Numbered from the stretch's first letter, positions 14,160-32,316 are shown. The stretch is DNA of 64,000 nucleotides from the human T2T-CHM13v2.0 reference genome, Homo sapiens (GCF_009914755.1 NC_060930.1); one strand, 5' to 3'. A program made the numbers and translations. The notes: generated by a model from the sequence alone, not told the origin.

Positions 14160-15381
14160 GTATGTATATATCTTTTTACTAAACTAACTCAAGATATAAA
14201 TGATTTTAAGAAATCACTTAATAACCTCTTTTATTTGATCATATAGATTCTAAAAGGGTAATATTTAATCCAAACATTTGAGGCTATATGTACTCATCTG
14301 TGTAGTAAAGGTACTGTATTAAACCCTGATACATTTTTATAAAAATATCTAGGGCTAAGTTCAAAGTTACAGTCAGCTGTGGTTGACGTAAGATTCTACA
14401 GTATTGAAAATAAAAAAAAATTATAGGGGATTAGATTGTCATTTCATATAAAGAAATGTGACTTTTTAAAAGAAGGCCAGGGAGTTTTTCTAGCTTTTTA
14501 TTTTAAAAATTTCATACATATAGACAAGTTGAAAGAATTGTCCAGTAAACATTCATATACCTGCTCCCTAGATTCAGTAGTTTGCTATATTTGCTTTTAT
14601 ATTTACATACTTTCTTGAACCATTTGTTGTAGACATAATATTTCATGTCTCAAAGAAAAGCTTCTCATTTACTAATTTTCAGAACCAGCCATTGGTCTGA
14701 TAGTTACCTGCAATTGTGGCAATTTTGAATGTTTTTTGTTTAGAGTTTTTTTAAATATTATTCATGGATTTTTATTCAGTGTTTTATAGTCACTTATAAT
14801 GGGTATTCCTTTTGATGCTCAAATTATGCCCATTTTGGTCAGTGGGAGTTTATTTAGTCAGCTTCTGTGTCCTTTTCACCCAGCCCCATTTGTATTTGAG
14901 TACCACCTCGCTTTCCAGCCCAAAAGATGCCCAAGCTCATCTTGTACTTTCCCTGCCACAGACCTGTAGTCAGCCATTTGCTGAAGTGTTTTTAAATGAA
15001 TTGATGGTGCTATGATAGGAGTTTATAAATGCTTTGATTGAAAAGGATTATTTCTGTAACTGTGTTCAGTGCCATTTCTTCCTAAACGATAACTGTGAGA
15101 ATTATACTACCAGGGGACAAGGAGGAAGTAATTTTGTTTGCTGCTAGATCTCTAGTTTTCCTTTTTGCCCTCATCCAAGTAAATGAGAGAAAGAGGAGAA
15201 ACCACCTTTTCCCACTGAAGACTTTATTCTTGGATGCCAGTTTTTACCTATTCTTTTTCTCTGCCATATTTTCTTTGGATTAATACTGTTGTTTTTGCTT
15301 TCTTTGTTTCTGGTGTGTTTATTTTAGAATAACCACACAGAATACTCCCTAATTTCATTCACTCATCACTATAAAATATTA

Positions 15382-15781
<400 letters not shown>

Positions 15782-16459
15782 TTAAGACACACGATTTATT
15801 TCCAAAGAAACCTCTCCCTTATCTAGAGTCACATCTCTAATGCATGCCACAGTTTTAGATGTGATAGAATATTAAAGATCACACAGGTCAATCTCTTCCC
15901 CTCTTAGGAAAAAGGGACATTTTTCCAGAATGGCAGCACCAAAATCAAGAAAATCAATAGTTGAACTTTCTGGCTACAGACTAATAGAAAATATGGACTT
16001 GACTCTTATATTCAAATAAACAAACTATGAATTCCTAGGAGAAGAAATTCATTTTATTCTGAATCTAGTTTTTATTAAAGTCAATGGTCAGAGCAAATAA
16101 ACATATTTGTGCATATATGCACCTCTTAATGCTAATTTATTTTTAGACCTGTAAAATCTGAGACACCACTTATTTTTAGCTGAATTTGTATGTAATTTTG
16201 CTAAAGGGATGTTAAAATAATCATTTGCTATAAAAAGTCACTTTTGAATCCTTAAAGAATTCTAGTTGTTGGCAACTTGTTTGTAAAAGACAAATATGTC
16301 ACATTCTCAAGAAGTATTGAAAATCTCTATTTTGGTAGAGCCATAATCAAATTATGGGCAATAGGTGTTATAAGCAACTGCATTTATGTTCCTGTGCGTA
16401 GGAATAAGTACTATGAAGTATTAGCTATTGTTATTGTGCCTTTTATTTTTCTGCCGTAG

Positions 16460-16569
16460 AACCTGGTGAAGCGCCAAAAAATTCTCCTAGCATACTAGCT
16501 ATGCTGGAAACACTACAAAATGCTCCCTACCTAGAAGTCCACAAAGACATGATTCGGTGGATATTGAAG
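16460..16569 (+). CDS. UBR2: UBR2 exon ~27 (PGEAPKNSPS...RWILK)
   Basis: cgtag| and AAG|gtaaaa, 110 nt. Confidence 0.95.
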
Positions 16570-16675
16570 GTAAAATTTCCACATTCCTCTGCTTTTTGTG
16601 AGAAATATTGAATATTTGTTATGTGTACATTGTGATCATATTTCATACAGGATACTGATACTTTTTTTTTTGTAG

Positions 16676-16756
16676 ACTTTTAATGCTGTTAAAAAGATGA
16701 GGGAGAGTTCACCTACCAGTCCCGTGGCAGAGACAGAAGGAACCATAATGGAAGAG
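16676..16756 (+). CDS. UBR2: UBR2 exon ~28 (TFNAVKKMRE...TIMEE)
   Basis: tgtag| and GAG|gtataa, 81 nt. Confidence 0.95.
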
Positions 16757-17081
16757 GTATAAACAGTAAAAAGTGTGATAATACTAAAAAATTACAGCAA
16801 GTTCAGTATGAACAAAATAAATTTATCTACATTAAGTTGCCAGTTACTCACAACATTTAAATTCCAAGAAATATGCCACTATTTATCTCTATTTGTTGTA
16901 GCAATTTTTTGTCTGCTTTTTTTCTTTAAAACAAGTCAGTTTAAGAGTCTTTTCTCTTATTTAAATAAGTGAGATTATAGAATAGTTTTTTAATTGGTAT
17001 TTACAGTGAAGATATTTCTGCTTTGGAAAAAAATGTGCGTTTTAGCATCTAATTGTCTAATTGAATGGAGCATAATTTCAG

Positions 17082-17260
17082 AGTTCAAGGGACAAAGACA
17101 AAGCTGAGAGGAAGAGAAAAGCAGAGATTGCCAGACTGCGCAGAGAAAAGATCATGGCTCAGATGTCTGAAATGCAGCGGCATTTTATTGATGAAAACAA
17201 AGAACTCTTTCAGCAGACATTAGAACTGGATGCCTCAACCTCTGCTGTTCTTGATCATAG
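17082..17260 (+). CDS. UBR2: UBR2 exon ~29, basic-rich region (KAERKRKAEIARLRREK)
   Basis: ttcag| and AG|gt followed by A20, 179 nt. Confidence 0.95.
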
Positions 17261-17649
17261 GTAAAAAAAAAAAAAAAAAAAATTAATGTCTTGACGAGTT
17301 TTTCCCAACTAGGGGCAGTGTTGCGTTTTCTCCTTGTAAGTATACTTTTAATCCTAAAGTAATTTAGTAGAATTCATAGGTAAATTTTGTGACCTCCATT
17401 TAGAAGATTTAATCTTAGAAGTCTCTGAATGTAGGTATGGTAAGTCCTGTGTACACCTGGTAGGGTATTTTCTGCAGAAGACCTTGGACATTCATGAAAG
17501 AATGAGTACACTACACTCAGTTACCTAGAGCGTATGACATCTGTGTTGAAGATTAGATTACTGTGAGGATTAAAGGAGATGGTTTTGATACATACCAAAG
17601 ACTTGACAATCCAAGTTATCAAAACCATGTGTTAAATATATACATTCCT

Positions 17650-17948
17650 GGCTGTGCGTGGTGGCTCACGCCTGTAATCCCAGCACTTCGGGAGGCCAAG
17701 GCGGGCGGATCACAAGGTGAGGAGTTCGAGACCAGCCTGACCAACATGGTGAAACCCCATCTCTACTAAAAATACAAAAAAAAAAAATTAGCCGGGTGTG
17801 GTGGTGCATGCCTATAATCCCAGCTACTCAGGAGGCTGAGTCAGGAGAATTGCTTGAACCTGCGAGGCGGAGGTTGCAGTGAGCCAAGATTGTGCCACTC
17901 ACCCCAGCCTGGGTGACAGAGCAAGACTCTGTCTCAAAAAATAAATAA

Positions 17949-17950
<2 letters not shown>
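17650..17950 (+). mobile_element. Alu (S-type)
   Basis: full dimer. Confidence 0.9.
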
Positions 17951-17956
<6 letters not shown>

Positions 17957-17996
<40 letters not shown>

Positions 17997-18010
17997 CACA
18001 CACACACACA
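17957..18010. repeat. (CA)n microsatellite
   Basis: about 25 CA units with one interruption. Confidence 0.95.
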
Positions 18011-18087
18011 TACCTGTAGTCTGCTATTTTGTGATTATATAGAAAGTTTTGGGATCATTAATTATATTCATAACCTTTGTATTGCAG

Positions 18088-18287
18088 CCCTGTGGCTTCA
18101 GATATGACACTTACAGCACTGGGCCCCGCACAAACTCAGGTTCCTGAACAAAGACAATTCGTTACATGTATATTGTGTCAAGAGGAGCAAGAAGTTAAAG
18201 TGGAAAGCAGGGCAATGGTCTTGGCAGCATTTGTTCAGAGATCAACTGTATTATCAAAAAACAGAAGTAAATTTATTCAAGATCCAG
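18088..18287 (+). CDS. UBR2: UBR2 exon ~30, first RING pair (CILC)
   Basis: tgcag| and CAG|gtaagt, 200 nt. Confidence 0.96.
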
Positions 18288-19107
18288 GTAAGTCATAGCT
18301 AGATCCTCATCTTCCCTTTTAATAACAACTGCCAGTTAATGTGGTTGGTGATACGTTGAGATTTTTTAAACCTAAAAATAACTCCATGGACTTGGATGGT
18401 ATCTTTGGCAGGTAACTTAGGCAGGAATTCCCCACTTGGCAGATGTGGAACCACTCCAGAAAGTTGCACCTGAATCACATAGCTGATAAATAGCAGGGAT
18501 TCAAAGAAAAGCTTTTCTTTGTGATGTAACATTACATACTTTGGCATTTCACAGTCTTTTCCATCCTTCAGTACACTTGCAAAGTCCTGGTCATTTGTTG
18601 ACACACTGAAATAATAATTGTTTTGTCTTATTGATAGAGCCTGAGTGGAATCTCCTGAGAACAGTGATGGAGAGTTACCTATGTAAGAGGCAATCCTTGA
18701 GCCAAATTGTTTTAGAATAGTAATACCACCACAGATCGGGTTCCCCAGAAAGCAGATTCTTGGGATACAGATTACCGTGCAGGACAGTTGAGGGCCCTCT
18801 TTCAGCAACTGAGGGAGTAAAGCAGGGAGATCCAGTCCGCACATGATTTTGTCCACCACAGACACATTTATTTCTCTGCTTGTAGGTTGTGCTCTGTGTG
18901 CGTGTGCTTCAGCGATACCCAGTAAACTTCTTGAGAGTAGGAACTGTGTCTTGGGAATTCCCAGAGCACTGCTTTAACCAGTGCCTTTCACACTGCAGCG
19001 TGAAAGGAGGTTTGAGAGCCCACTTTTAGAGTTGCCTTCTCTCTGTAAAGAAAGTCTTTGCATCCTACTTATGAAAGGTTGGTCTGCTTCATCTTTAAAA
19101 ATGGTCA

Positions 19108-19729
<622 letters not shown>

Positions 19730-20166
19730 GATATTTAAACTAGGTGCTTTATAAATTTCATTCCAGGCCAAAGACAAAGTTGCTAATTTTATTTAACTTA
19801 TTACTTCTGAAGAAAAAGCATTAGCTGGCTATAAGTGGATTTTCTTAATGCTTTGACATTTGCACTGTTCTAGTGTTAAAGCAAATTAAAACTATTAAAG
19901 CAAATTAAAAGTAGTTCTTTCTAGAGTGTTAGGAAATTTCGAAGATTATACTAATTTATATAAAGAATTCAAAAATTCCAAAAGAAGCCAGACATCCATC
20001 TTGTTTTTCATGATTTTTCATCCCCTTTGAATATAAAAATTAGCACCAGGACAGAAGACTCTGAATTACCTTTTTTCCCCCCATCTGATCTGGTCTGTGC
20101 TTAGATTTTTTGTTGTCACTTTGGCTCTGATGTGATTATTCGCTGTATGAGTGTTGTTAGGCAGTC

Positions 20167-20185
20167 TGTCCTCTAGGGGGCGCCC
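20167..20185 (+). promoter_or_regulatory. candidate CTCF site
   Basis: TGTCCTCTAGGGGGCGCCC is close to the CTCF core CCASYAGRKGGCRS, with CpG retained inside an AT-rich intron. Confidence 0.55.
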
Positions 20186-20615
20186 CGTTACTGCCAAAAC
20201 ATTTTTTATTAGCGATCATTTTAACCCAGCTGCCCTGAACGCACATAAGGCAGCCCCATGAAGAGAGTAGCTCTTTTACCTGGAGCTCAGGGTACAATGG
20301 GAGGAATTGGAATATCTCAGCACCCTGAAAGTGTGAAATGTTCAAAAGATTGGATATATTTAAATTCATAGTTCTAATTTCAGTTTAACAATTTGAGAAT
20401 GTTTAATTAATTTGCTGTGGGTGGTGAAAATTAGAGAGTCCTACTTTCTAAATAATCCAAGGTGTTGCATAAATTGGTATCTCAGAGGAATAAACTAGCA
20501 TTTCATTTCAAATTTCAAGTCTTTATCAAGGATTTTACAATTTAAAGTTACACATTTGTTATAGGAAAATTAAATGCTTCACTTTTGTTTTGTTTTGTTT
20601 TGTTTTGTAATGCAG

Positions 20616-20709
20616 AAAAATATGATCCATTATTCATGCACCCTGATCTGTCTTGTGGAACACACACTAGTAGCTGTGGGCACATTATGCATGCCCATTG
20701 TTGGCAAAG
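20616..20709 (+). CDS. UBR2: UBR2 exon ~31, RING-H2 core (CGHIMHAHC)
   Basis: tgcag| and AG|gtaatg, 94 nt. Confidence 0.96.
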
Positions 20710-21212
20710 GTAATGTATATTCTTAATATTTGTCAAGAGAAGTTTATCTAAGGGCTCAATATTTTTTAAATAGAGGAAATTTCATTCTAGAAAAAAGGAA
20801 AAGAACTAAAAATGTTGAAAAAATCCGTATCATTGCCTAATAAATAACAAAAGTTATTTGCCTTGTCATAGATGTAAAGTGTATGTCAGATATGTTTTTT
20901 AATTTAGCTTTATATCCAAGTCTCTTCTATATCTTCCAAAGAAGGAAGTGGATCTGTATCAGTCTGTGGATGAAGAAAAGGGTTTTTACAGTAGGATAAA
21001 CTCTAGAAGGGTAATGTTGTCTTTCTTTGGGTCCAGGGTGGACAACTTTTGATTCCATAGATGTTAGTACTTGCTTTGTTACTTCCCAAAATTGTAATGG
21101 CTCCCTGTGATGAGATGTCCTGAATTTGTTCTACCTTGGTGTTTCCTATGCTTCTACAAAACCAACAAATCAATAATACTATTATTCTAGAACTATGCTC
21201 ACCCAGTTATCA

Positions 21213-21494
<282 letters not shown>

Positions 21495-21689
21495 TTATTT
21501 TACTCTTTTAGAACTTTTAATCCATTTGGATTTTTAAAATCACTCAAAAATCATGTTAAAAATAATTTAGTTTAAGATTTTCATTTTTGAACTATTTGTG
21601 GAAACAAATTATTTTAAATGTTGAAGCTTATGGCTGTCATTTATGTAAATTACCATTGTTTTGATACCTCATGTTCTCTAATTGTAAAG

Positions 21690-21851
21690 GTATTTTGATT
21701 CCGTTCAAGCTAAAGAACAGCGAAGGCAACAGAGATTACGCTTACATACGAGCTATGATGTAGAAAACGGAGAATTCCTTTGCCCCCTTTGTGAATGCTT
21801 GAGTAATACTGTTATTCCTCTGCTGCTTCCTCCAAGAAATATTTTTAACAA
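21690..21851 (+). CDS. UBR2: UBR2 exon ~32, last RING pair (EFLCPLC)
   Basis: taaag| and AA|gtaagt, 162 nt. Confidence 0.96.
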
Positions 21852-22064
21852 GTAAGTTTTGGCTCATGACAACTATTACAAAGCAATAGTTTGCTTTGAA
21901 GATAATGAAATAATAAATCAAGGAGGAAAACTTAGTCTAGGCAATTGCATAGTGTTTTCCAGATACTTTCCAAACTCTAATCATTTTCTTCTAGCAGACC
22001 TGTGGAATGTGATTTTAGTTTTTAGAGAGGAACAGGTGAAAATTTAACAGTTTCTAAGCTATTA

Positions 22065-22593
<529 letters not shown>

Positions 22594-22700
22594 GTGCTTG
22601 CTTCAGCAGCACATATACTAAAATTGGAACGATAAAGAGAAGATAAGCATGGCTCTTTCACAAGGATGACACACAAATTCATGAAGTGTTCCATATTTTT
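22594..22700 (+). pseudogene. full-length U6 snRNA retropseudogene
   Basis: 107 nt co-linear with U6 (GTGCT...CCATATTTTT), 11 substitutions by eye, 6 at CpG; ACAGAGA box mutated to AAAGAGA; no upstream PSE/TATA because it sits in an Alu tail. Confidence 0.95.
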
Positions 22701-22728
22701 AGCTCTTTTAGAATTTGTCTAGCAGACT
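22701..22728 (+). pseudogene. U7 snRNA fragment (about nt 10-37) fused to the U6 copy
   Basis: AGCTCTTTTAGAATTTGTCTAG matches U7 as remembered, including its special Sm site AATTTGTCTAG; followed by an A-rich tail. Confidence 0.8.
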
Positions 22729-23279
22729 AAAAAAAAATAAGAAAAGAAAATGGAAAATTTCTGTAACTTCACAGTTTTTTGGATGCTTTTAGTTACGAGT
22801 ATTGGACATACTCATTTCAAGTATGAATTTGATAATGTCTGCTTTTCGAATCTGAACTTCATTTCTCAATGTAGAATTATGCTATCTACGTTGCATGCAC
22901 AAATACTAAGTTATGTGAGTATAAACGATCCATTTCTGTGTTATTTGGATTCAGTTCAAAGCAAAGTCAGTTTTTTCTTGTCAGTTTTAGGAGTTCAAAC
23001 TTTGGTGTTCTTAGTCTATGCTACCACAAAATGTTCTTAAAATATTAGTAGATTTGAGTGTAAGCTCATGCTTTTTAATTATAAAAGAATATCGTGGTAC
23101 TGACTTATCTGCATTTGAACTGATGAAGAAATTAATTATTGTTAGATGGAGGATTAACTGTGTATAAGAAGAAATCACCCTTGTTGGATTTCATCTGTCA
23201 CTTTATTGGTCCAATTTTTGGGTTTTGCCCATGAGATTCAATTATGGTTTAGTCATATTCGAATACAATCATAAAAAGA

Positions 23280-23560
23280 ACACAGGCTTTGGAATCTGAC
23301 AGAGCCAAGTTTGAATGCTAGCTTTGTCCCTTATTCGGCCTTAGTCAAGTTACATAGCTCTAAACCTCAGTTTCCTCATCTGTAAAATGGGGACAATAAT
23401 AAAACCTATTACAAAATATAGGAATACAACCTATGCAAATAATAATACAACCTGAAACAAAATGTAGGGATATTTTGAGGATTAAGTCTAATACCATAAG
23501 ATATTTACAGTAAAATTCCTTACTAAGTGCTTGTAACATAATAAGCACTTGGTAGATATT
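23280..23560 (+). mobile_element. MIR
   Basis: core CCTCAGTTTCCTCATCTGTAAAATGGGGA. Confidence 0.75.
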
Positions 23561-23840
23561 AATAGTGATGGTGATTATGATACTTAAGAAATTCTAGCAA
23601 ATTCCAATACTGAAGAGTGAGATTTTTAATACACAGTGTTATTACCATCATATTGACAAATAATATATTCCTTTCCATTGGCCAATATCCTGATTTTTTT
23701 TAATGCAACAAATTTTCCCTTATCCTTTTTGTTTTTAATATTTGGAGTGTGTCTAAAATATGCCTGTGATCATTTAAGGAGTCTTTTGTATCTTAAGGAA
23801 CAATAATAAAACACTAAATACTCTCTATAATCTTTTCTAG

Positions 23841-23944
23841 CAGGTTAAATTTTTCAGACCAACCAAATCTGACTCAGTGGATTAGAACAATATCTCAGCA
23901 AATAAAAGCATTACAGTTTCTTAGGAAAGAAGAAAGTACTCCTA
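23841..23944 (+). CDS. UBR2: UBR2 exon ~33 (RLNFSDQPNL...EESTP)
   Basis: tctag|cag tandem acceptor and A|gtaagt, 104 nt. Confidence 0.94.
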
Positions 23945-24598
23945 GTAAGTTCTGGTAACCTGTTTTCATTTTTCCCTAAAGTCCGAGGTCATCAGAAAAT
24001 GTATTTCCAGAAGAAGTTGTTTAAAAGTGAAACCTCCCATTTAAAATTTTGACTCATTCTAGTTTTCCTTGTCTTAATAAACTAAATTTGACTTTACTGC
24101 ATTACTCCTTATTCCTTAAACACACAAGCTCATGTGAAGTTTCTAATAAACACTTCTCACTTATTCCCCCATTTTATTGAAGAGCTTCTGGAGGTGGGGG
24201 AGATGTAACTGAGTGTTGCAGAGCTAGCTTTAGTTCTCGGTGGGCTAACTCACCTTACTGTTGGCATTACCAAAGGCTTCCCAAGTTTCATAGACCATGC
24301 ACTGCACTTATGACCTTGTGGGAACGTAGTATGAACAGGATTTATATCATTGGTTTTCATAGAAACAGAATAGCTACTCTTGTTTTTGTTTTAGTGGCTG
24401 TACTATAAGGAAAAGCATAGTTAAGAAAGGGCCTTGGTCAACTAGAGCAATAACGTTTTCATGCTTCATATGGTTGTTATGCCAGTTTTTATTAGGGAAT
24501 TTTTTTCCTTTTGTTTTTGATTTCTTTGACCTATATGGCTGTACTTTTAGGAATATTGTCATCTATTGAATAATAGTATAAAATGCCTGTTTCTATAG

Positions 24599-24677
24599 AT
24601 AATGCCTCTACAAAGAATTCAGAAAATGTGGATGAATTACAGCTCCCTGAAGGGTTCAGGCCTGATTTTCGTCCTAA
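24599..24677 (+). CDS. UBR2: UBR2 exon ~34 (NASTKNSENV...PDFRP)
   Basis: tatag| and AA|gtgagt, 79 nt. Confidence 0.94.
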
Positions 24678-24816
24678 GTGAGTATATTATTTTACTCCTT
24701 TAATATTTGACCCATTTGAAATGAATGATTAAGTCAGCAGTTAGGAGGAATATGATTTGGCAAGTGAGGGAGCAAAATGTTATAGGATACTGATCTTTAG
24801 TTGTAAGGTTTAAGCA

Positions 24817-24940
24817 GAGGCTGAGACAGGAGGATAGTGTGAGCCCCAGAGGTGGAGGCTGCAGTGAGCCTTCATTGCACCACTACATTCCAGTCTGGGT
24901 GACAGAGTGAGACCCTGTCTCAACAACAACAACAAAAAAA
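24817..24940 (+). mobile_element. Alu right-arm fragment
   Basis: GTTTAAGCA TSD. Confidence 0.8.
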
Positions 24941-25254
24941 GTTTAAGCATTACTTGATGGTATTTATTGCAGTACATTAAAAAAATCTAAGAACCATGTG
25001 GCATGTTTAACTCTCACCACCCTCTCCTAGTCAGCATTGCTGACCCCTGCCACACCCCTTTCTTTACCTGGCTCTCCTTGACAACATCTAATCAGTAATT
25101 CTAAATACAAACTGCTCAGCCTCCCCAATGAATCCCACACTTCCGTCTGACTTCAAAATTTCTATTAATGACCTAACCAAGCTCTTAGTAACCCAGGATT
25201 AAAACCAGAATATTTTCCACCCTATTTTACCCCATAGCCAGTTAGTTACAAGGT

Positions 25255-25470
25255 ATAGCATAGATTCTGGAGCTAGACTGGTTGATTCAGTTCCCAGCAC
25301 CACCACTTATTAGCTGTGCAACTTTGGGCAAATTGCTTGACCTCTGTGTACCTCAATTCCCTCATCTGTCAAGTGAGGATAATTCATAGGTGTTATTAGG
25401 ATAAAGTGACATAATGTACGTAGAGCTACCTGAAAGCTGTGCCTGGCATGTACCAAGTAACTCAATAAAT
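25255..25470 (+). mobile_element. MIR
   Basis: AGCTGTGCAACTTTGGGCAAATT...CCTCATCTGT core, CTCAATAAAT end. Confidence 0.7.
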
Positions 25471-25502
25471 ACAGACCTAAAGACTTGAATAGAAAAAAAC
25501 AT

Positions 25503-25830
<328 letters not shown>

Positions 25831-26019
25831 TCATTTTATTTGTCACTTCTAGTGTTTACTTCCATATTTCTAATTAGACAGTATCTTCACTGTTGACTGG
25901 TAAATTATTCCACAATTTTTGGTTAAATCTAGTTGTCAGTTTTTACATTATAATAACTGTGTTTCTGCTGATACAAGTTGCGTATTAGAATTATATTTCC
26001 TTTCTTGTACAGTTTTGTC

Positions 26020-27656
<1,637 letters not shown>

Positions 27657-28524
27657 TTGTAACTCTGTTACTTCTGAAAACTGTAAGATACTCTCTTTAT
27701 CTCTTCAGTGTTCCGAAATTTTCTATGATATTTCTTGGTATATGAATCTTTTTTTATTCATTTTGCTAGGCGTTCAGTAAACCTATTGAATCTGAACATT
27801 CATGTCCTTCATTTCTGAGAATTTTTTATGTTGTTTCTTAAATAATTTTCTCTTGGATTTTCTTCTTTGAGGTAGTTCTGTTAGCTCACTGTTGCCCCTC
27901 TTGAACTGATAACCTAATTTTCTTATGATTTTTTTTGCTTTCTACATTGTCTCTGTTTTCCCTGAGTTCTGTTTCTCTGCTCCTTTGTTTTGGTTTATCT
28001 CTTTGATGCTTTCCTTAAATGTTTATTAGTCCTTGGATAACTATTTAAGCATAAGGCAATGAGCATAAGGATACCTGGTGGACAGGTTGGAGCTTGCTGA
28101 CTTGTAAGCCTCACAATAAGGTGATCAGGACACCTCCAGTCTTTTGCTTGGTGACCCCCGAATGTCTGTGTAAAAACAACTTTCCCCTGAGGATTGTTCA
28201 CTGGAAAAACTAATCTCTGTGGAAGTGGGTATACATTGCTGATGTTCTCAGGATGGGAAACAGGGTCAAGGATCTCATTGTGTAGTGTGTAGGCTTGTGC
28301 CCAGCACCCTGTTTTCAGCCCTGTGCCTCACCCCTGCTAAGTCAAAGAGTCTAACTCCTCTTGGGCAGGGGCAGTTTGCATTATCTCTGATCACTGCATA
28401 CAATTATCTCTGGATATATGTTAAGTGGTTCAATTTCAATATAGCAAAGAGCTGTTAAGAAACCGAACCATTTGATTGATATGTGCACATTGTTCTGAGC
28501 TAATTTTATACATGTTTACTTCAG

Positions 28525-28673
28525 GATCCCTTATTCTGAGAGCATAAAAGAAATGCTAACGACATTTGGAACTGCTACCTACAAGGTGGGACTAAAGGTT
28601 CATCCCAATGAAGAGGATCCTCGTGTTCCCATAATGTGTTGGGGTAGCTGCGCGTACACCATCCAAAGCATAG
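28525..28673 (+). CDS. UBR2: UBR2 exon ~35 (IPYSESIKEM...TIQSI)
   Basis: ttcag| and G|gtaaga, 149 nt. Confidence 0.96.
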
Positions 28674-29087
28674 GTAAGAGATTTACAGCTGTTTCTCTAT
28701 AAGTCACAAGCATTCATTGATATGAATTAGGCATAGAATCTTGTTTTTAAATGAAATGTTTGAAGTGGGTAACAACGTGAAGAAATAATAAAAAGACTTA
28801 GAAGCAAGAAATGTAATGTACTGACAAAATACTAGATTGATAGTTCATAAATTAACCACAGCAACAGAGAACTCTTGGTGGTGGTGGTTATAGCTTCTTG
28901 TCAGTTGAAGGAATGTACTGTTCGTTTTTACTTTGTAACCAAATTTAATTCTTGTGAAATGACTTTGAAGATTCTGAAACTTGACAATATTGTACTTTCT
29001 GTAGGATTGGGGTTTTTTTAACCTTTTTAAGAAAATTATATTAAAATATACATAACATTTACCATTTTAACCATCTTTAATCTGTAG

Positions 29088-29143
29088 AAAGAATTTTGAG
29101 TGATGAAGATAAACCATTGTTTGGTCCTTTACCTTGCAGACTG
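29088..29143 (+). CDS. UBR2: UBR2 exon ~36 (RILSDEDKPLFGPLPCRL)
   Basis: tgtag| and CTG|gtaagt, 56 nt. Confidence 0.95.
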
Positions 29144-29168
29144 GTAAGTTCTCAGTTTATTCAGTTCA

Positions 29169-29852
<684 letters not shown>

Positions 29853-29899
29853 GAAGAAGAAGAAGCAGAAGAATGTATATTCTAGCTCCACTTTCTTGC

Positions 29900-31360
<1,461 letters not shown>

Positions 31361-31752
31361 TTACAGAAAATTTGGAAAATGAAAAAACAAGCAGGAAGAA
31401 AAAAGTCATCAACTTACCACATACCCATCTTTTTCCATTAGCATATTTATGCTTGATTACAATTGGTACTCACATGTAGCTTTGTTTCTGCTGTATTCTT
31501 TAAATCAAGAGTTTTCTTATTACTGCTACTTAGTCCTCATAACAATTTTTAATAGCTGCAGGCACCCTCATTTGTACCACCATCTTCTTAGACAGTTTCC
31601 CCAATATTTGGAGTATCTCTTTAGGATACTCTACATTTTACGGAAGAGTATCCACATTTTAGAGGATCTCTTTAGGATAAACATAAGAGATATGTGTTTT
31701 AGGGTATCTGTTTAGGATAAACATAGAGAAATACTGCATCCGCATCTTGGCT

Positions 31753-32015
<263 letters not shown>

Positions 32016-32219
32016 TAGATTTCATTTATTCAGCACACACTTAGACATTTCCCATTCCATTTATCCTGTGTTAGAGGCATGTCATTGAGATGTCATAGAT
32101 CTAGTTCCATACCATCTAGAGCAGTTTCATTGTGCATCCAGCTGTGCTCTGAACTAGCATTCCTGAAAGAGAACTGCTTTGCATTTTTGTTTTTTGTTAA
32201 TTGCGTTGGTTTATTTTAG

Positions 32220-32316
32220 GATGACTGTCTTAGGTCATTGACGAGATTTGCCGCAGCACACTGGACAGTGGCATCAGTTTCAGTGGTGCAAGGACATTTT
32301 TGTAAACTTTTTGCAT
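32220..32316 (+). CDS. UBR2: UBR2 exon ~37 (DDCLRSLTRF...CKLFA)
   Basis: tttag| and T|gtgagt, 97 nt. Confidence 0.95.

Noticed and set aside
18299-18865. 188-aa minus-strand ORF, the longest in the track
   Set aside because: Non-ATG start, no recognisable domain, overlaps a probable old LTR fragment; consistent with chance
22594-22700. U6 copy as a functional snRNA gene
   Set aside because: No upstream Pol III type 3 promoter, CpG decay and a broken ACAGAGA box
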